From Octopus vulgaris (Eukaryota), in contig OX597818.1 in assembly GCA_951406725.2 (NCBI GenBank), forward strand, positions 28,954,001 to 29,018,000: 64,000 nucleotides of DNA. Direction: 5' to 3'. Each line of letters starts with the position of its first letter. Within the stretch, counting starts at the first letter, position 1. A program made the position numbers and the translations under genes. Below the pieces are notes generated by a model that searched no databases, was not told where the DNA came from, and saw only the letters and a list, made by a program, of their open reading frames with translations. Of the stretch, positions 25,785 to 38,542 are shown one piece after another.

Positions 25785-27835
25785 ATATTGCCATTCTTAA
25801 TATATCAGGCATCCATCCACAATTCAATGCTAAAAATGGAAGATTTCATACATAGAAGGTTGGAATGCTGAAATAACACACTGCACCCCAGTATTTATTC
25901 CAACTGAAACCCTCCAAAATGACTTCCACATAGATGCCAAGATGAAAAATTTCATCATCATCCATGCAAATCACACTGGCCTAAACAAAAGAGGAAAAAC
26001 TATTTTACACCATGATTCCTTTGCTATGGATGCCAATGACACATTTTCTAATGGCTACTGTCAATCTATGTCATTATACAACAAAGTTAAAAGTATAATC
26101 ATTATTTGTCTTTATAGGACTCCTCAGGCATTTCTGCAAGGCTTTGAAGAGTGCCACAATGAAATCAAGTCCTTTCCACAATTCTGGAAACAAATCAATG
26201 ATAGATGATTTTTTAATATTGCTTGTGTGAATTGGACCACAAGTACACTGAAACCAGGAAATTGCATCTCAACACCATACAAAGCAGAAGCAGAATTGCT
26301 ATTTAATTTAATGGATGAATTTTTCCTACCCACACTTGTACTTAAACCAACAACAAGACAAAACAAAAATATCTAGGACTTGATATAAAGAAATCACTCT
26401 AGCTCCAAACAAAACATTTCAGCTGAAAGTACTCTTACACCAGACCATTACATGGCACTTTGCAATCTTAGTAGTATGAGAAAAAAGAAATTAGTCACTC
26501 TTTCACCCCTGCTCCCATTTGATAACATCAATTTTCATAAAGCATATACAGGAGCAATTAGACAAGATCTGCCATTTATTAACTAGTCTTTCACTCACAG
26601 ACATCCTCTGATAATGAAGCAACAACCTGATAAAGGTTTGAGAACATTGTAACCTGTACATGTTTAAAATACACCACTCCGATAAAACTCAATACACAGA
26701 CAGAAACAGACTCCCAAGAGGGAGAAAGAAAACACACATCAGGAGAATCAAAAGATTTAATAATAAAAATATTAACTAATTAAAATACTACCACCAACAA
26801 CATCCACAGTCAGCATCAATAAGAACACTTTACCCATGAAGATTTGGAAGAAGGCTTCAATACTGATGTAATATATGTTGACTTCAGCAAAGCCTTTGAT
26901 AGAGTCAACCACAACATCCTAATACTAAAATTTTTCAAGACTGGAATGCACTGGATCAAGTATTTCCTAGCGAGCAGAACCCAACAAGTGGTGTTCAATC
27001 GAATCCATGAGCACAGCAAGTCACCAGTGGTGTTCCTTGAGGGGACATTCTGAGTCCACTTTGCTTCATAGTCTGTATAAATAACATCACAACTGTCATC
27101 AAGTACATCAAAATGAAAATATTCAGAGATGACACCAAGCTTCAAAAACTTATCAGGGGAGAAGAAGACCCAGTTTGATTTGTGTGCTGTAAGTCACAGA
27201 CAGAAACAACAAGCTGTTAAATGGAGAATTTGAACTCATGCACTTTAGAAAAGAGAATGTGCTCAAACAACTTTATCTACTTCCTTCAAGAAGCACTTAT
27301 ATCAATAACAAATTCAATATAGCTTGCAGGATGAGCTCCTGCATCCTCAGAGTTTCTGGTCCAGGGCATTAAATGTTATCATTCCTCTTTTTTGTTTAGT
27401 ATAGCCACACCTAGAAAACTACTTCCCCTTATAGTCTCCCATACCAAATAAAACATTACATGAATTTAAACCCATAGAGCAATTACTAAAAAAATTAAAA
27501 TGTATGATTAATCTTGATTATTGGGACCATTCCAAATTTCTTAAACTTTATTTTTTCCAACACCACTAACAATGGAGGATATAACACCAGCATTGCCATC
27601 AAATTCAGAATTCATCTTGTGTAGGGAGTGACACATGGCACTGGGTGCCATGTGTCACTCCCTACACAATTCAGGTTCACAACACATAAACACATTGCAA
27701 CACATTTTTCTACTTAACATTAGTCCAAAACAAATCTATAAAGGAAAAGATCTCATTAATTTCATACAATATCTGGACAAATTTTCTTCAAGGAATACCA
27801 GACAAGCCACCAATACTTAAATACATCTCAGTCAA
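25785..27835 (+). mobile_element. Heavily decayed CR1-group LINE (EN and RT remnants)
   Basis: IICLYRTP, KPTTRQNK..LDL, DVIYVDFSKAFDRVNHNILI.K, an SGVP-like remnant and DDTK; related to 30775-31770. Confidence 0.75.
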
Positions 27836-27850
27836 CAACTCCTTATTTCA

Positions 27851-29238
27851 ACTAGAAAAGCACTTGGAGAGTGCAGACCTCCACCAAGCAGCTCATTTCC
27901 ACCCATATACACACATGCTGAAAATTGCCGAATTTCCAAAACCAATGCCAGCAAAAACATAACCTCCTTGGCAGGGGTAAAAAAAAAATAACACGGCCAT
28001 ATGATTTTAGGAAAAGAACCTTCTAAAAACAGGAATCATCTGAAGCAGTTATAATACATCAATGACAACAGCAAGCTAGTTTCACCATACAACTAAAAAG
28101 AAACAACAATTAACTAAAACTTAAGTGATACACACACAACGTCATGGTGGGAAAACTAACAGTTGGTTATGGTGACTTGTGGATGCTGATCCTGGTTCAC
28201 GTAAGCATGATCTAGCAGGCTTCCATAGTCGGTGGTGGGTTTTTGGACTAGTTGGTCGAATCCAAACTGGTTCATAGTTGTCAAGATCTCATGGTTAAGG
28301 GAATCAAGAAGATCCACATTGAAATCAACAAGGACAATGGTCAGATGATTCCTTGGCAGAGATCTTATAAGATGATGCAGGCTGGTGAGGAAAGGAGCAA
28401 CTGGTACGGAAGGAGATCTGTAAATGGTGATGATACTGATTTTTGTTGATGAGATGGTTACCACAACAGCAGTGTACTCTAAGCCACTGACATTCAAATG
28501 TATATCTGTGGGGGTGATCTCCTGCTTTGCAACAGTCATCACCCCATCTCCACACCCCAGTGCAGCAGGACTGTCTGCTCTTCAACTGCGGTAGGATGGA
28601 TGCTACTTGTTGATTCTGCTTCAAGAACATTTCCATGAATCAAAACACATCAACATTTTGAAGAGTGTTGTCCGCTTTCAAGTTTTGTTCATGTTCAAAG
28701 TAGGACATGATACTGAGCAGTCTAATCTGCAGTCATCCATGAGTAACTGTGGGAGCAGCAGAAGGTAAAGTTTCAGACGTTGAAGCCTGTTGATTTCATG
28801 AACAACAGATGGACGAGTGCAGATTGTTTCGCTACCATTTGTTTATGTAATTTCATCTCTTTATCCATCAGTTTCTAGTAAGATAGATAAGTAAGTAAAA
28901 TTACTAATAGAGAAACAAAAATAAACTTTGGAAACAGAAACACAACCATAGATAACATGAAAACATGAACGTGTTTTCAAAAGAGATAATCAAAGAACGT
29001 AACATTGTAATACTTCATGTAAAGCAAATATAACAAATGAAAAATCCTTCAAGAATCCGTAAAAATTCCTGGACCACTACCAAAATTTCATCATTTGTTC
29101 CTTGTGTTATTACTAAATTTTCCTGCAAGTTTCATCAACTACTGTTCACAACATTTTGAGTTATTATGCACAAAGTGGGACAGACAGACAAACCAACGCT
29201 GATGAAAACATAACCTCCTTACTTGGCAGAGGTAATAA
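27851..29238 (-). mobile_element. Internally deleted Helentron (endonuclease-bearing Helitron) derivative
   Basis: On the minus strand the 5' end is TTATTACCTCTGCCAAG..GGAGGTTATGTTTTC plus (GTCT)n. The 3' end is CTTGGTGGAGGT, then the GCACT-ctcca-AGTGC hairpin, then CTAGT. Between them is a sense APE endonuclease relic (IYRSP, LVDFNVDL, QKPTTDYGSLLDH) preceded by SVVHEINRLQ. Confidence 0.7.
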
Positions 29239-29644
29239 GCCATGATACCACAAAGCTCGACTTAAAAATGGCTTAGATTGATCTACTAAGTGGCCAAGAC
29301 CAATTTTAGCCATAATGTATTGAAGTATATATATATATTTCATTTATGTATGTATGTATGTATGTATATATGTATGCATACATGCATGCATGTATATATG
29401 AAGTATATTGACAGATCATAGTTAAGCTCCTGGTTTGGTGATTGTGCGAATAAGGAGTCGAATATAGGTTACACATCAGCATGTGTATATAAATTTTTTT
29501 TTCAGCATGAGATGAAAATCCAAGCCTTATTCGCATAATCACCAAACCTAGAGCTTAACTATGGTCTATCCATAGCAATTACTCAGCATTACCTGACACC
29601 TTTTGGTCTTATTGACACCATTACCTCTCATAACCTGTATTGAA

Positions 29645-29695
<51 letters not shown>

Positions 29696-29713
29696 TATGT
29701 ATATATGTATATG

Positions 29714-29760
<47 letters not shown>

Positions 29761-29765
<5 letters not shown>

Positions 29766-30004
29766 TAAATTAGAGATAAAACCACTATTAGGCAAATCAG
29801 TGAAAAACATAAGCCAATACATAAAATTAATTAATGCTCTTTATCTTTTATTAAACTTTTAATACTTTTGATATTTATAAAAAAAATAAAATTAAAAAAA
29901 TAAAATAAATAAATAAATAAAAAATCAATCAATAAATAAATAAATAAATAAATAAAAAATAAATAAATAAATAAAATAATATATAGATATAAAGATATAC
30001 CTAC

Positions 30005-30036
<32 letters not shown>

Positions 30037-30172
30037 TTAAATTGATAAGTTTAAATTATCTAAATAATTTTTTAAATTTTTAACTTTTATATTTTTAAAT
30101 TAATTTTATGTATTGGCTTATGTTTTTCACTGTTTGATTTGCTTAATAGTGGTTTTATCTCTAATTTAATAT
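29761..30172. repeat. Inverted repeat (~75-bp arms) in (TA)n
   Basis: tatattaaattagagataaaaccactatta...aaaattaatt versus aattaattttatgtattggc...ctctaatttaatata. Confidence 0.85.
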
Positions 30173-30285
30173 AATATAATAATATATTTATACTATAAAG
30201 TTGGATTTAATCCTAAATCTAATTTTTCCCTGTAAGTTTGGATTTATTCCCTAATATTATTATTATCATATATATATATATATAT

Positions 30286-30619
30286 GGCGCATGGCTCAGT
30301 GGTTAGAGCGTCGAGCTTACGATCGTGAGGTTGTGAGCTCGAATCCCGGACCGGGCTGGGTGTTGTGTTCTTGAGCAAGGCACTTTATTTCACGTTGCTC
30401 CAGTTCACTCAGCTGTAGAAATGAGTTGCGACGTCACTGGTGCCAAGCTGTATCGACCTTTGTCTTTCCCTTGGATAACACTGGTGGCGTGGAGAGGGGA
30501 GGCTGGTATGCATGGGCGACTGCTGGTCTTCCATAAACAACCGTGCCCGGACTTGTGTCTAGGAGGGTAACTTTCTAGGTGCAATCCCATGGTCATTTAT
30601 GACCGAAGGGGGTCTTTAC

Positions 30620-30623
<4 letters not shown>
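30286..30623 (+). mobile_element. tRNA-derived SINE, family B
   Basis: A box TGGCTCAGTGG, B-box-like GCTCGAATCCC, central ttgtgttcttgagcaaggcacttt..ccagttcactcagctgtagaaatgag domain, embedded in (TA)n. Confidence 0.85.
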
Positions 30624-30667
<44 letters not shown>

Positions 30668-30769
30668 GTGTGTATATATATATATGGATAGACAGATATA
30701 CATATATATATATATATGTATGTATGTATATATACACACATATATATGTGTGTGTGTATATATACATTA

Positions 30770-31770
30770 CTGCAAAGTGAAAATATTTGCTGATGACACT
30801 AAGTTCCAGCAAATCGTCAATGAAGAAGCAGACCGAACTCAACTCCAGTCTGATCTATATGCTGTGAGTCAATGGGCAGACAGAAACAAAATGCAACTGA
30901 ACGAGGGAAAATTTGAGCTGATGCATTTTGGAAGAAATTCCTCACTAAAACAGCCATACTCTCTTCCTTCAGGGGAACCACTCACAGCCTCTAACAATAT
31001 CAGAGACCTGGGTGTAATTGTTGATGACGTTCTCAGTTGGAGTGCACACATCAACATGAAGGTCGATATAGCTCGTAGGATGAGTTCCTGGATCTTAAGA
31101 ACTTTCCGGTCCAGAGAACAAGGTGTCATCATACCACTTTTCTCCTCCTTTGTACGGCCACACCTCGAATACTGCTGCCCACTGTGGTCTCCCCATACAA
31201 GACAAAACATCTTGAGGATTGAATCACCCCAGAGGGCACTCACTAAACGTATTGAAGGCATGGCTGCTCTCGATTATTGGGATCGCCTTAAAGCCTTGAA
31301 ACTCTACTCTCGCCAGCGTCGCCGTGAGCGGTACATCATTTGTATGATGTGGAGAATATACCGCCAACTTTGCCCAAACGACCTGAACATTAGATTCAAG
31401 GTTCATCCAAGACTGGGACCATGGGCTATACGTCCCCTGCCCAATTCAAGATCACAGCATACATGTACACTGCAACATAATTTCTTTTCCTCAACAGGCC
31501 CTGCCCTATTTTACATTGTCCCAAAAGAGATCAAAGAGGAAATGGATCCCATCAACTTTAAACGGAGTCTGGATAGATTCCTTCAAAGAATACCAGATAA
31601 GCCATCCATAATTGGATACAACTCACCCAACAAAAACTCACTACTTGAATGGACCATAAACAAAACTTGACTTAAACAGGATTTGAATAATCCTATCAGG
31701 TGGTGCTATTAAGTTAGACATGGCCTGGACCAATCTTTGGTCGAAACATATCTAAGTTTATCTAAGATTA
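30770..31770 (+). mobile_element. 5'-truncated CR1-group LINE; RT C-terminal ORF uninterrupted to the stop at 31670
   Basis: FADDTK, IRDLGVIVD, VRPHLEYCCPLWSP, YWDRLKALKLYS..RRRER; short 3' UTR with a repeated tatctaag tail. Confidence 0.9.
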
Positions 31771-31819
31771 TATATACATATATATATACACATATATATA
31801 TGTATATATATATTTTTTT

Positions 31820-32411
31820 CTCTTTAGTTTCAGCTCAGAGCTGCGGCCATGCTAATGCACCGCTGTTTTGCTACACTGTTATTACTAAGAACCTCCTCTA
31901 ATATGTGGCACTTGGTGAAGAATGGAGTTTGATATAGCTACCCTCATTTGCACCTCTTGCCGTAAGGTAGGTTCATCTGGGACTCTCGCTAGGAAGAGGT
32001 CCTGTTTTGATTTAAAAACCCCTACATCTACTTTGTGCAAGTTCCTCAGACTCTTTAGGAGAATATTAAAAAGCTGTGGGCCCTTGAAACCCAGGCTGTT
32101 GCAGTAACTGGTCCTGAAGTGTGATGGCATTGCTGGGATCTTTGGCGCTATGCAGTGTCGTCCCGTTCTGGCATTGGTTTAGCTTTCAATGCCAAAATTT
32201 GGCACAATTCCTTCCAGGATCTTCCAGATATATATTACTGCATACCTCTCCCATCTTCTCTCCAGAGTGTAGAGTCTTAGCTGTTTCAACCTTTCCCAGT
32301 AGCTGAGCTGTTGCAAAGAGATGAACTTCTTTGTGAATCTTCTCTGGATTGCTTCAAGGTCTGCTGTTAATTTCACACTGGTGAGTGACCATAGCTGTGA
32401 GCAGTAATCCA
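31820..32411 (-). mobile_element. 5'-truncated CR1-group LINE (family of 61105-64000)
   Basis: [38 protein letters not shown]; tail gcatggccgcagctctgagctgaaac. Confidence 0.9.
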
Positions 32412-32593
32412 CATATATATATATATATGAAGTATATATATACATGTATATATATATAAATATATATATGTATTGAATTATATATATTATATATACATAA
32501 ATATCTATCTATCTATCTATCTATCTATTTATATATATGTATGGCACAATACATATATATATGTCTTGAAGTGTATATATAAATATATATATA

Positions 32594-35345
32594 TTGTTGT
32601 TGTTGTTGGCATGCTTTTTGTCTTGGGAGACAATGGAGTTGCGCATAAAATAATCTAGTCCAGCTTTTACATTTCATGTCTTAATACATCTCCTGCTGTG
32701 GCTGTGTAGTCCTATCCTGGACAAACACTCCCTCTGGCAGGTGCCGCAAATGTAGCGAAGACTTTGCCTGGCTGGTTGTAATGTCATAGTTTCTTGTTGA
32801 TGTCTTTTCTTGTCTTTCCATTTCTCCTCTCTCCCTCTGTCACTCCTTTGTGTTCCCTCTTTTACGGTACGCCACAAATCTCCACAGTTGCTGGCAACTG
32901 CTTCCCAGTTGCTAATATTGATGTCGCAGGCCTTCATGTCCCTTTTGCAAACATCCTTGTATCATAAGAACGGTCTTCCCACAGACCTAGTGCACTTAGC
33001 AAGCTCTCTGCAGAGTATGTCCTTGGGGATTCTGCCATCTTCCATATGGCTAACATGTCCAAGCCATCTCGTGCGTCTTTATGTGAGGAGTGTAAACATG
33101 CTTGGTATTCCTGCTTGCTTGAGGACATCTTTGTTGGGGATATGATTCTGCCATTTGATGCCAAGGATTTTCCGGAGGCAGCGCAGGTGGAAGATATTTA
33201 GGCAACGCTCTTGGTGTGTGTATGGCGTCAAAGTCTCACTTCTATACAGTAGAATGCTAAGTACACATGCCTGGTAAATCTTTATTTTTGTGGTCTTGGT
33301 CAGCTTATTGTTGTCCCATGCCCGTTTGGAGAGTTGGGCCATCAAGCAGCTGCCTTGCCAATGCGTATATTGAGCTCGGCATCAAGGGATAGGTTGTAGG
33401 TGATGGTAGAGTCAAGATAGGCAAACTTCTCCACCTCCTGTAGTCTGTGGTCTCCAATATGTATGTTTGGGATGTCCGATGTAGCCTGACCCATGATGTT
33501 GGTCTTCTTGAGGCTGATAACTAAGCCCAAGTCACTACATGCTTCCTCAAAACAGTTGATGAGCCTTTGCAAGGCTTCTTCTGTGTGTGATACCAGAGCA
33601 GCAGCAGCAGCAAATAGCATCGCCTTGATCAGGACACTTCTGATTTTGGTCTTGGCATGCAGACGCGAGAGATTGAACGGTTTCTCATCACTTCCACTGT
33701 GCAGAAACACTCCATCATCTGATGTCTCAAAGGCATGTGACAGCAGCAGCGAGAAGAAGATGCCAAATAATGTAGAAGCAAGGACACAACCTTGCTTTAT
33801 CCCGTTTTTATTTGGAAGGTGACTGATGTTGAAACATTCTGCTGTATGGTGCCTTGCATATCATCATGGAAAGATTTGATGATCTTCAGCAGCTTTAGTG
33901 GACATCCAACTTTTTGGAGCATGATGAAGAGGCCTTTTCTACTAACCAAGCCAAAGGCCTTTGTCAGATCAATAAAGGCCATATATAATGGCATTTTCTG
34001 CTGTCTGGACTTCTCCTGAAGTTGGCGTATGGAGAATATAATGTCAATAGTTGATCTGCTTCTTCTAAAACCACACTGTGATTCTGGATAAATTTGAGAA
34101 GTAAGCAGTTGTAGCCTGAACAGGATAACGTGAGCAAAGGTCTTTCCAACAGTGCTTAGAAGAGATATTCCACAGTAATTGTTACAATCACCACGGTCAC
34201 CTTTGTTTTTGTAAAGCATAATGATGTTAGCATCCATCCCGCATATCCTGAGTGACTGTACCCTCTTCCCAGCACTGACACAGAAGCTCATGAAGGTGCC
34301 GAAGCAGGACGGTGTTTTTGCCAGCTTTGACTATCTATGAGTGGATGCCATCTTTTCCCAGAGCCTTGTTACTGGCTAGGGAGTCAATAGCCTTGGTGAG
34401 CTCTGCAATAGATGACAGACTGTCAAGTTCACACATGACTGGCAAGATCTTGACACCCTCGATTGCAGCCTCAGCTACTCTGGTCTCCCGTGAGTAGAGA
34501 TCCTGGTAGTACTCCACCCATCTATCCATTTTCTTGCTTTGGTCCTTGATGAGATCTCCAGTAGTTGATTTCAGAGGGTCTGACTTGGTTGCAAATGGAC
34601 CAAGGGCCTTCTTCTGACCAGCATACATCCCACGGGTGTCACTACTGTCAGCAGCTGACTGGATACTCTGACACATTTCTTGCCAATACCTATTTGCACA
34701 GCATCTGGCAGTCAGTTGGGTTTTATTTCTTGCCTTTCTGTGTTCTTTGAGTGTCTTTGTAGAAGAATCACTCTTGTATTGCATCAGAGCTGTGCACTTT
34801 GCTTCGATAACTGGTTCCATCTGAACCAATCTGAGTTTTGCCTTTCTCGCATGCTGAAAGTATCTATTGATGTGGTATACAAAGCTTCCCTGATATAATT
34901 CCACCTATTTTCAGCATAGGAAGTTGGGTAGCTACTGAGGGCAACCTTGATAGAAACAGCAAAACATTTTCACAGTGTAGGGTCTGAGGTTCTGGCAGTT
35001 TTAATGCATGGTCGTCCCATTTTCTTGGAGTGATGGACATTTTTAGGCAGAATCCTCACCCTGCTTTTTATTAGTGAATGATTTGTGTCACAATCTGCGC
35101 TGTGGTAACTACGGGTCAGTTGAACAGAATTTAGAAAGGATCTTCATGTTATGATGAGATCCAACTGATGCCAGTGGTGAAATCTTGGATGTCTCCAAGA
35201 TGCCTTGTGGGATGTCTTGTTGGCAAAGAATGTGTTGGTGATGCACAGGTTATGGTATGTGCAAAATTCAAGTAGTCTCTACCACTGTCGTTCATGTTGC
35301 CAATACCAAAGTGTCCAACACAAACGGGCCACAAATCGTGATGAC
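32594..35345 (-). mobile_element. BovB-type RTE LINE, frameshifted
   Basis: GHFGIGNMNDSG, LYKNKGDRGDCNNYCGISLL, PESQCGFR, AFIDLTKAF, C-terminal CGTCQRECLSRIGLHSH, (CAA)n tail. The FADD motif reads FAAAA. Confidence 0.92.
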
Positions 35346-36310
35346 TTCTTGTTCTTTCTCCGTCGCTATAGACGACATTGCGTGTTCTGCCACATAAAGT
35401 TGCTCATGTGAAAAGCATGGCTCTCCTAAATGTATGACCGCCACTGATAGTGTTCAGCCTTGGGATTTGTTGATGAACATAGCAATCTGCAGATGTTAAA
35501 CGGTATGTCTGACCTCGTGGGATAAAGGTGCATCCTTGAAATGAAAACATTTCTCCACTCCCGTTCCCCGTAACAATGGTGGTCTCAATAAAGTGGGGCG
35601 TCAGGGACTTGACTATGAAGCAGGTCTCTTTGCACTGTTTAGGCAGATAAAGTGTGTACTCTTTATCCATTTTAGTTTTATTGAATGATTGTGTAAAATT
35701 TTCTTAACAATAGGATATATTGTAAGTCTACACTCACACACACACACACACAAATATACACTTGCTGTTGTTGTTGTGATGCGTGTACTCTTTATCTCAT
35801 TTGAGTTGTTGTTTTGAGTGGCAGGAGATAAGTTTCAGCGAACTTGAATAGCATGTTTGGAACTCATTTTTAATTTTGAAATGCCACATATCAAAAAATG
35901 CTTTAAATCACATAGGAAGAAAAATGGCTACAGCACGAAGTCATCAATTTGCTTTGATTTGTTTTGATTGCTGAGAAAGAAAAAGTACGTACAGAGAATT
36001 TCATAAACAAAAATAATTAAGTTGTGGCTGAAAATAACAGTCAAATAAAGAATTTAAATATTAAAACAAACAGAAATTAAGAAACAAAATGTGCTAGTTG
36101 CTAATTACATCATCATTAGGTTTTTGTTTTCTAACTGAATAAACCAGTCTCACATGTATTATATATAGGTGAGAGAGATGGTATGTGAAAGCACATGGTT
36201 GGATGTATAAAAGACAAAAAAGAGGAAAAAACTACAGAAGGCTTGTGTAATATGGTTAAAGAATATATTAAAATCATTATGTTAGAAAAATGTTATAAAA
36301 CTTTGCGTAT

Positions 36311-36719
36311 AGGCGCAGGAGTGGCTGTGTGGTAAGTAGCTTGTTTACCAACCACATGGTTCCGGGTTCAGTCCCACTGCGTGGCACCCTGGGCAAGTGT
36401 CTTCTACTATAGCCTCGGGCCGACCAAAGCCTTGTGAGTGGATTTGGTAGACGGGAACTGAAAGAAGCCCGTCGTATATATGTATATATATATATATGCG
36501 TGTGTGTGTTTGTTTGTCTGTGTTTGTACCCCTAGCATTGCTTGACAACCGATGCTGGTGTGTTTATGTCCCCGTTACTTAGCGGTTTGGCAAAAGAGAC
36601 CGATAGAATAAGTACTGGGCTTACAAAAGAATAAGTCCCGGGGTCGATTTGCTCGATTAAAGGTGGTGCTCCAGCATGGCCACAGTCAAATGACTGAAAC
36701 AAGTAAAAGAGTAAAAGAG
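36311..36719 (+). mobile_element. Full-length tRNA-derived SINE, family A (CORE-like)
   Basis: A box TGGCTGTGTGG, B box GGTTCAGTCCC, ctgggcaagtgtctt, internal (TA)/(TG) tract, CR1-like tail plus a repeated gtaaaaga. Confidence 0.9.
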
Positions 36720-36779
36720 TATAGTAATATAATTTTTGGAGAAATAACCGGTTTCATATTTTCTTTTCAAATTTCTAAA

Positions 36780-38330
36780 TGAAACCATTAAAAAATCACC
36801 AAAGACGTACATACATATACCAAACCCAGGGGACATAAAACTACAACCAATTGTAGCTGGCCCAGCCTGTGAATCACTCAGACTAAATCTATTTATAGTC
36901 ATCCTCCTTAAACACATCAATAGCCATACCAGAGGTGACTTGGATATGTTAAAATCACCTTCCAAAAAAAGTCAAGGAAGAAACAATCATGGTTTCATTT
37001 GATATAGTTAATTTATATACCAGTATACCTCATAATTATGGCCTAGAGGCAATTCAGTTCTGGCTCGATCAATTTCCGGAAGAAATACCAAAAAGGATCA
37101 GTAAAGAATTCATAACTAAATCGATTGAATTCATCCTACAAAATAACCACGTCATGATTGACAATGCATTTTACCATTAAAAATTCAGAATTGTTATGGG
37201 TACTAGGGCAGCACCAGTCATTGCGAACCTAACAATGGGCTACCTGGAGGTAATAATATGCCAGGAATCTTTATCTACCTTTGGAAACCCCTTTTCCCAA
37301 TACATAAAAGAAAATTGGAAAAGTTTCCTAGATGACTGTTTCATAATATAGAATGAAAACAAAGAAAAACTCCTAAAATTCAAAAGCCTATTGAACGGCG
37401 TCAACCCAAACATACAGTTCACAATGGAGTACAACCAAAAGGAGCTTCCATTCTTAGATATACTAATTAAAAAAATAAACCTAAAAACAGAAATGGACAT
37501 ATTTTACAAAACCACAGACGCCAGACAATATCTATTTTTTGATTCATGCCACCCAAGACACCAAAACAAACATCCCATTCAACCTTGCAAGAAGGATATG
37601 CACAATAGTGTCAGAACAAAATACCAGAAACTTTAAATGGCAAGAACTCAAAAACACCCTAATTGACAGACACTACCCAGTTCAACTCATAGAGGATGGA
37701 ATCAGACGTGCAACACAAATCGACATAGAAACGTTAAGAAAAGTTCAACACAGCAACACACCTTCACCGAAAATACTGCCGTACATTTCCACATACAACC
37801 CCAGAAACAAAGAAGCCTTCACCATCATCACCCAAAATTTACCAATGCTACATAAGGACCCTAAATTAAAGAAAATTTTACATATACATAAAATCATTAA
37901 AAGCTACAAACAACTGAAATCACTAAAAAAGATCCTCACAAAGGCAAAATTATTTTCTAAAATAACGGATGCAAAAGTGAAGAAATGTGGTAGACCAAAT
38001 TGCACAACATGCCCCAAACCTTCTAAAAGGATCAGAATTCCTCTTCAAGAGGGACAAAAATTCAAAATCAAATCTAATTTTACTTGTGCTTCAGAAAACC
38101 TGATTTATGCCATAAGATTCTTGGGCTGCCACCAAAACTACATAGGGTCCACGGGATTATCACTCAGATGCAGATGCACTCTGCATTGACAGCAGATTGC
38201 ATTCCCAGAATACAGAATGATACCCTTTAGTGAACATATTGAGTAATGTGCAAAGCAACTACTACCACAATTTATAATCTTTCCATTCTATCAATGTACC
38301 ATTGGAACTCCAACACAAGTTAGATTAAAT
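36780..38330 (+). mobile_element. Penelope-like retroelement relic (RT plus GIY-YIG)
   Basis: SFDIVNLYTSIP, MGT..APVIANL.MG.LE, FLDDCF, IQFTME..LPFLDI, YLFFDSCHP, CGRPNCTTC, NLIYAI...YIGSTG; several stops and frameshifts. Confidence 0.92.
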
Positions 38331-38542
38331 AAGGATACCTTCTTCATTGAAAAATATAAGCCAAAACTTAACCATTTCTAACATTTTTAAATAAGGAAAC
38401 TCACCTCATTGAAAAAAATATAAAGCAAAACCTAACCACTTGTAACATTCTATTCCTTCTGAACCAAATCATGTTAAATTAGTCATTCCCAATATGTTTG
38501 ATTATCTTCTGTGTAAACTGTGGTATGGAGGTATGATATCTA

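Noticed and set aside
29199-29212. CTGATGA-AAAC hammerhead core
   Set aside because: No stems; it is part of the Helentron terminus.
30286-30360. tRNA gene
   Set aside because: A and B boxes are present, but it is the head of a SINE and continues into a SINE body. The same applies at 36311 and 45247.
30666-30770. N-terminal extension of the 334-aa ORF
   Set aside because: Microsatellite read-through fused by chance to a 5'-truncated CR1.
35404-35670. 88-aa ORF upstream of the BovB element
   Set aside because: No recognisable motif or convincing splice signals; cannot be supported as coding.
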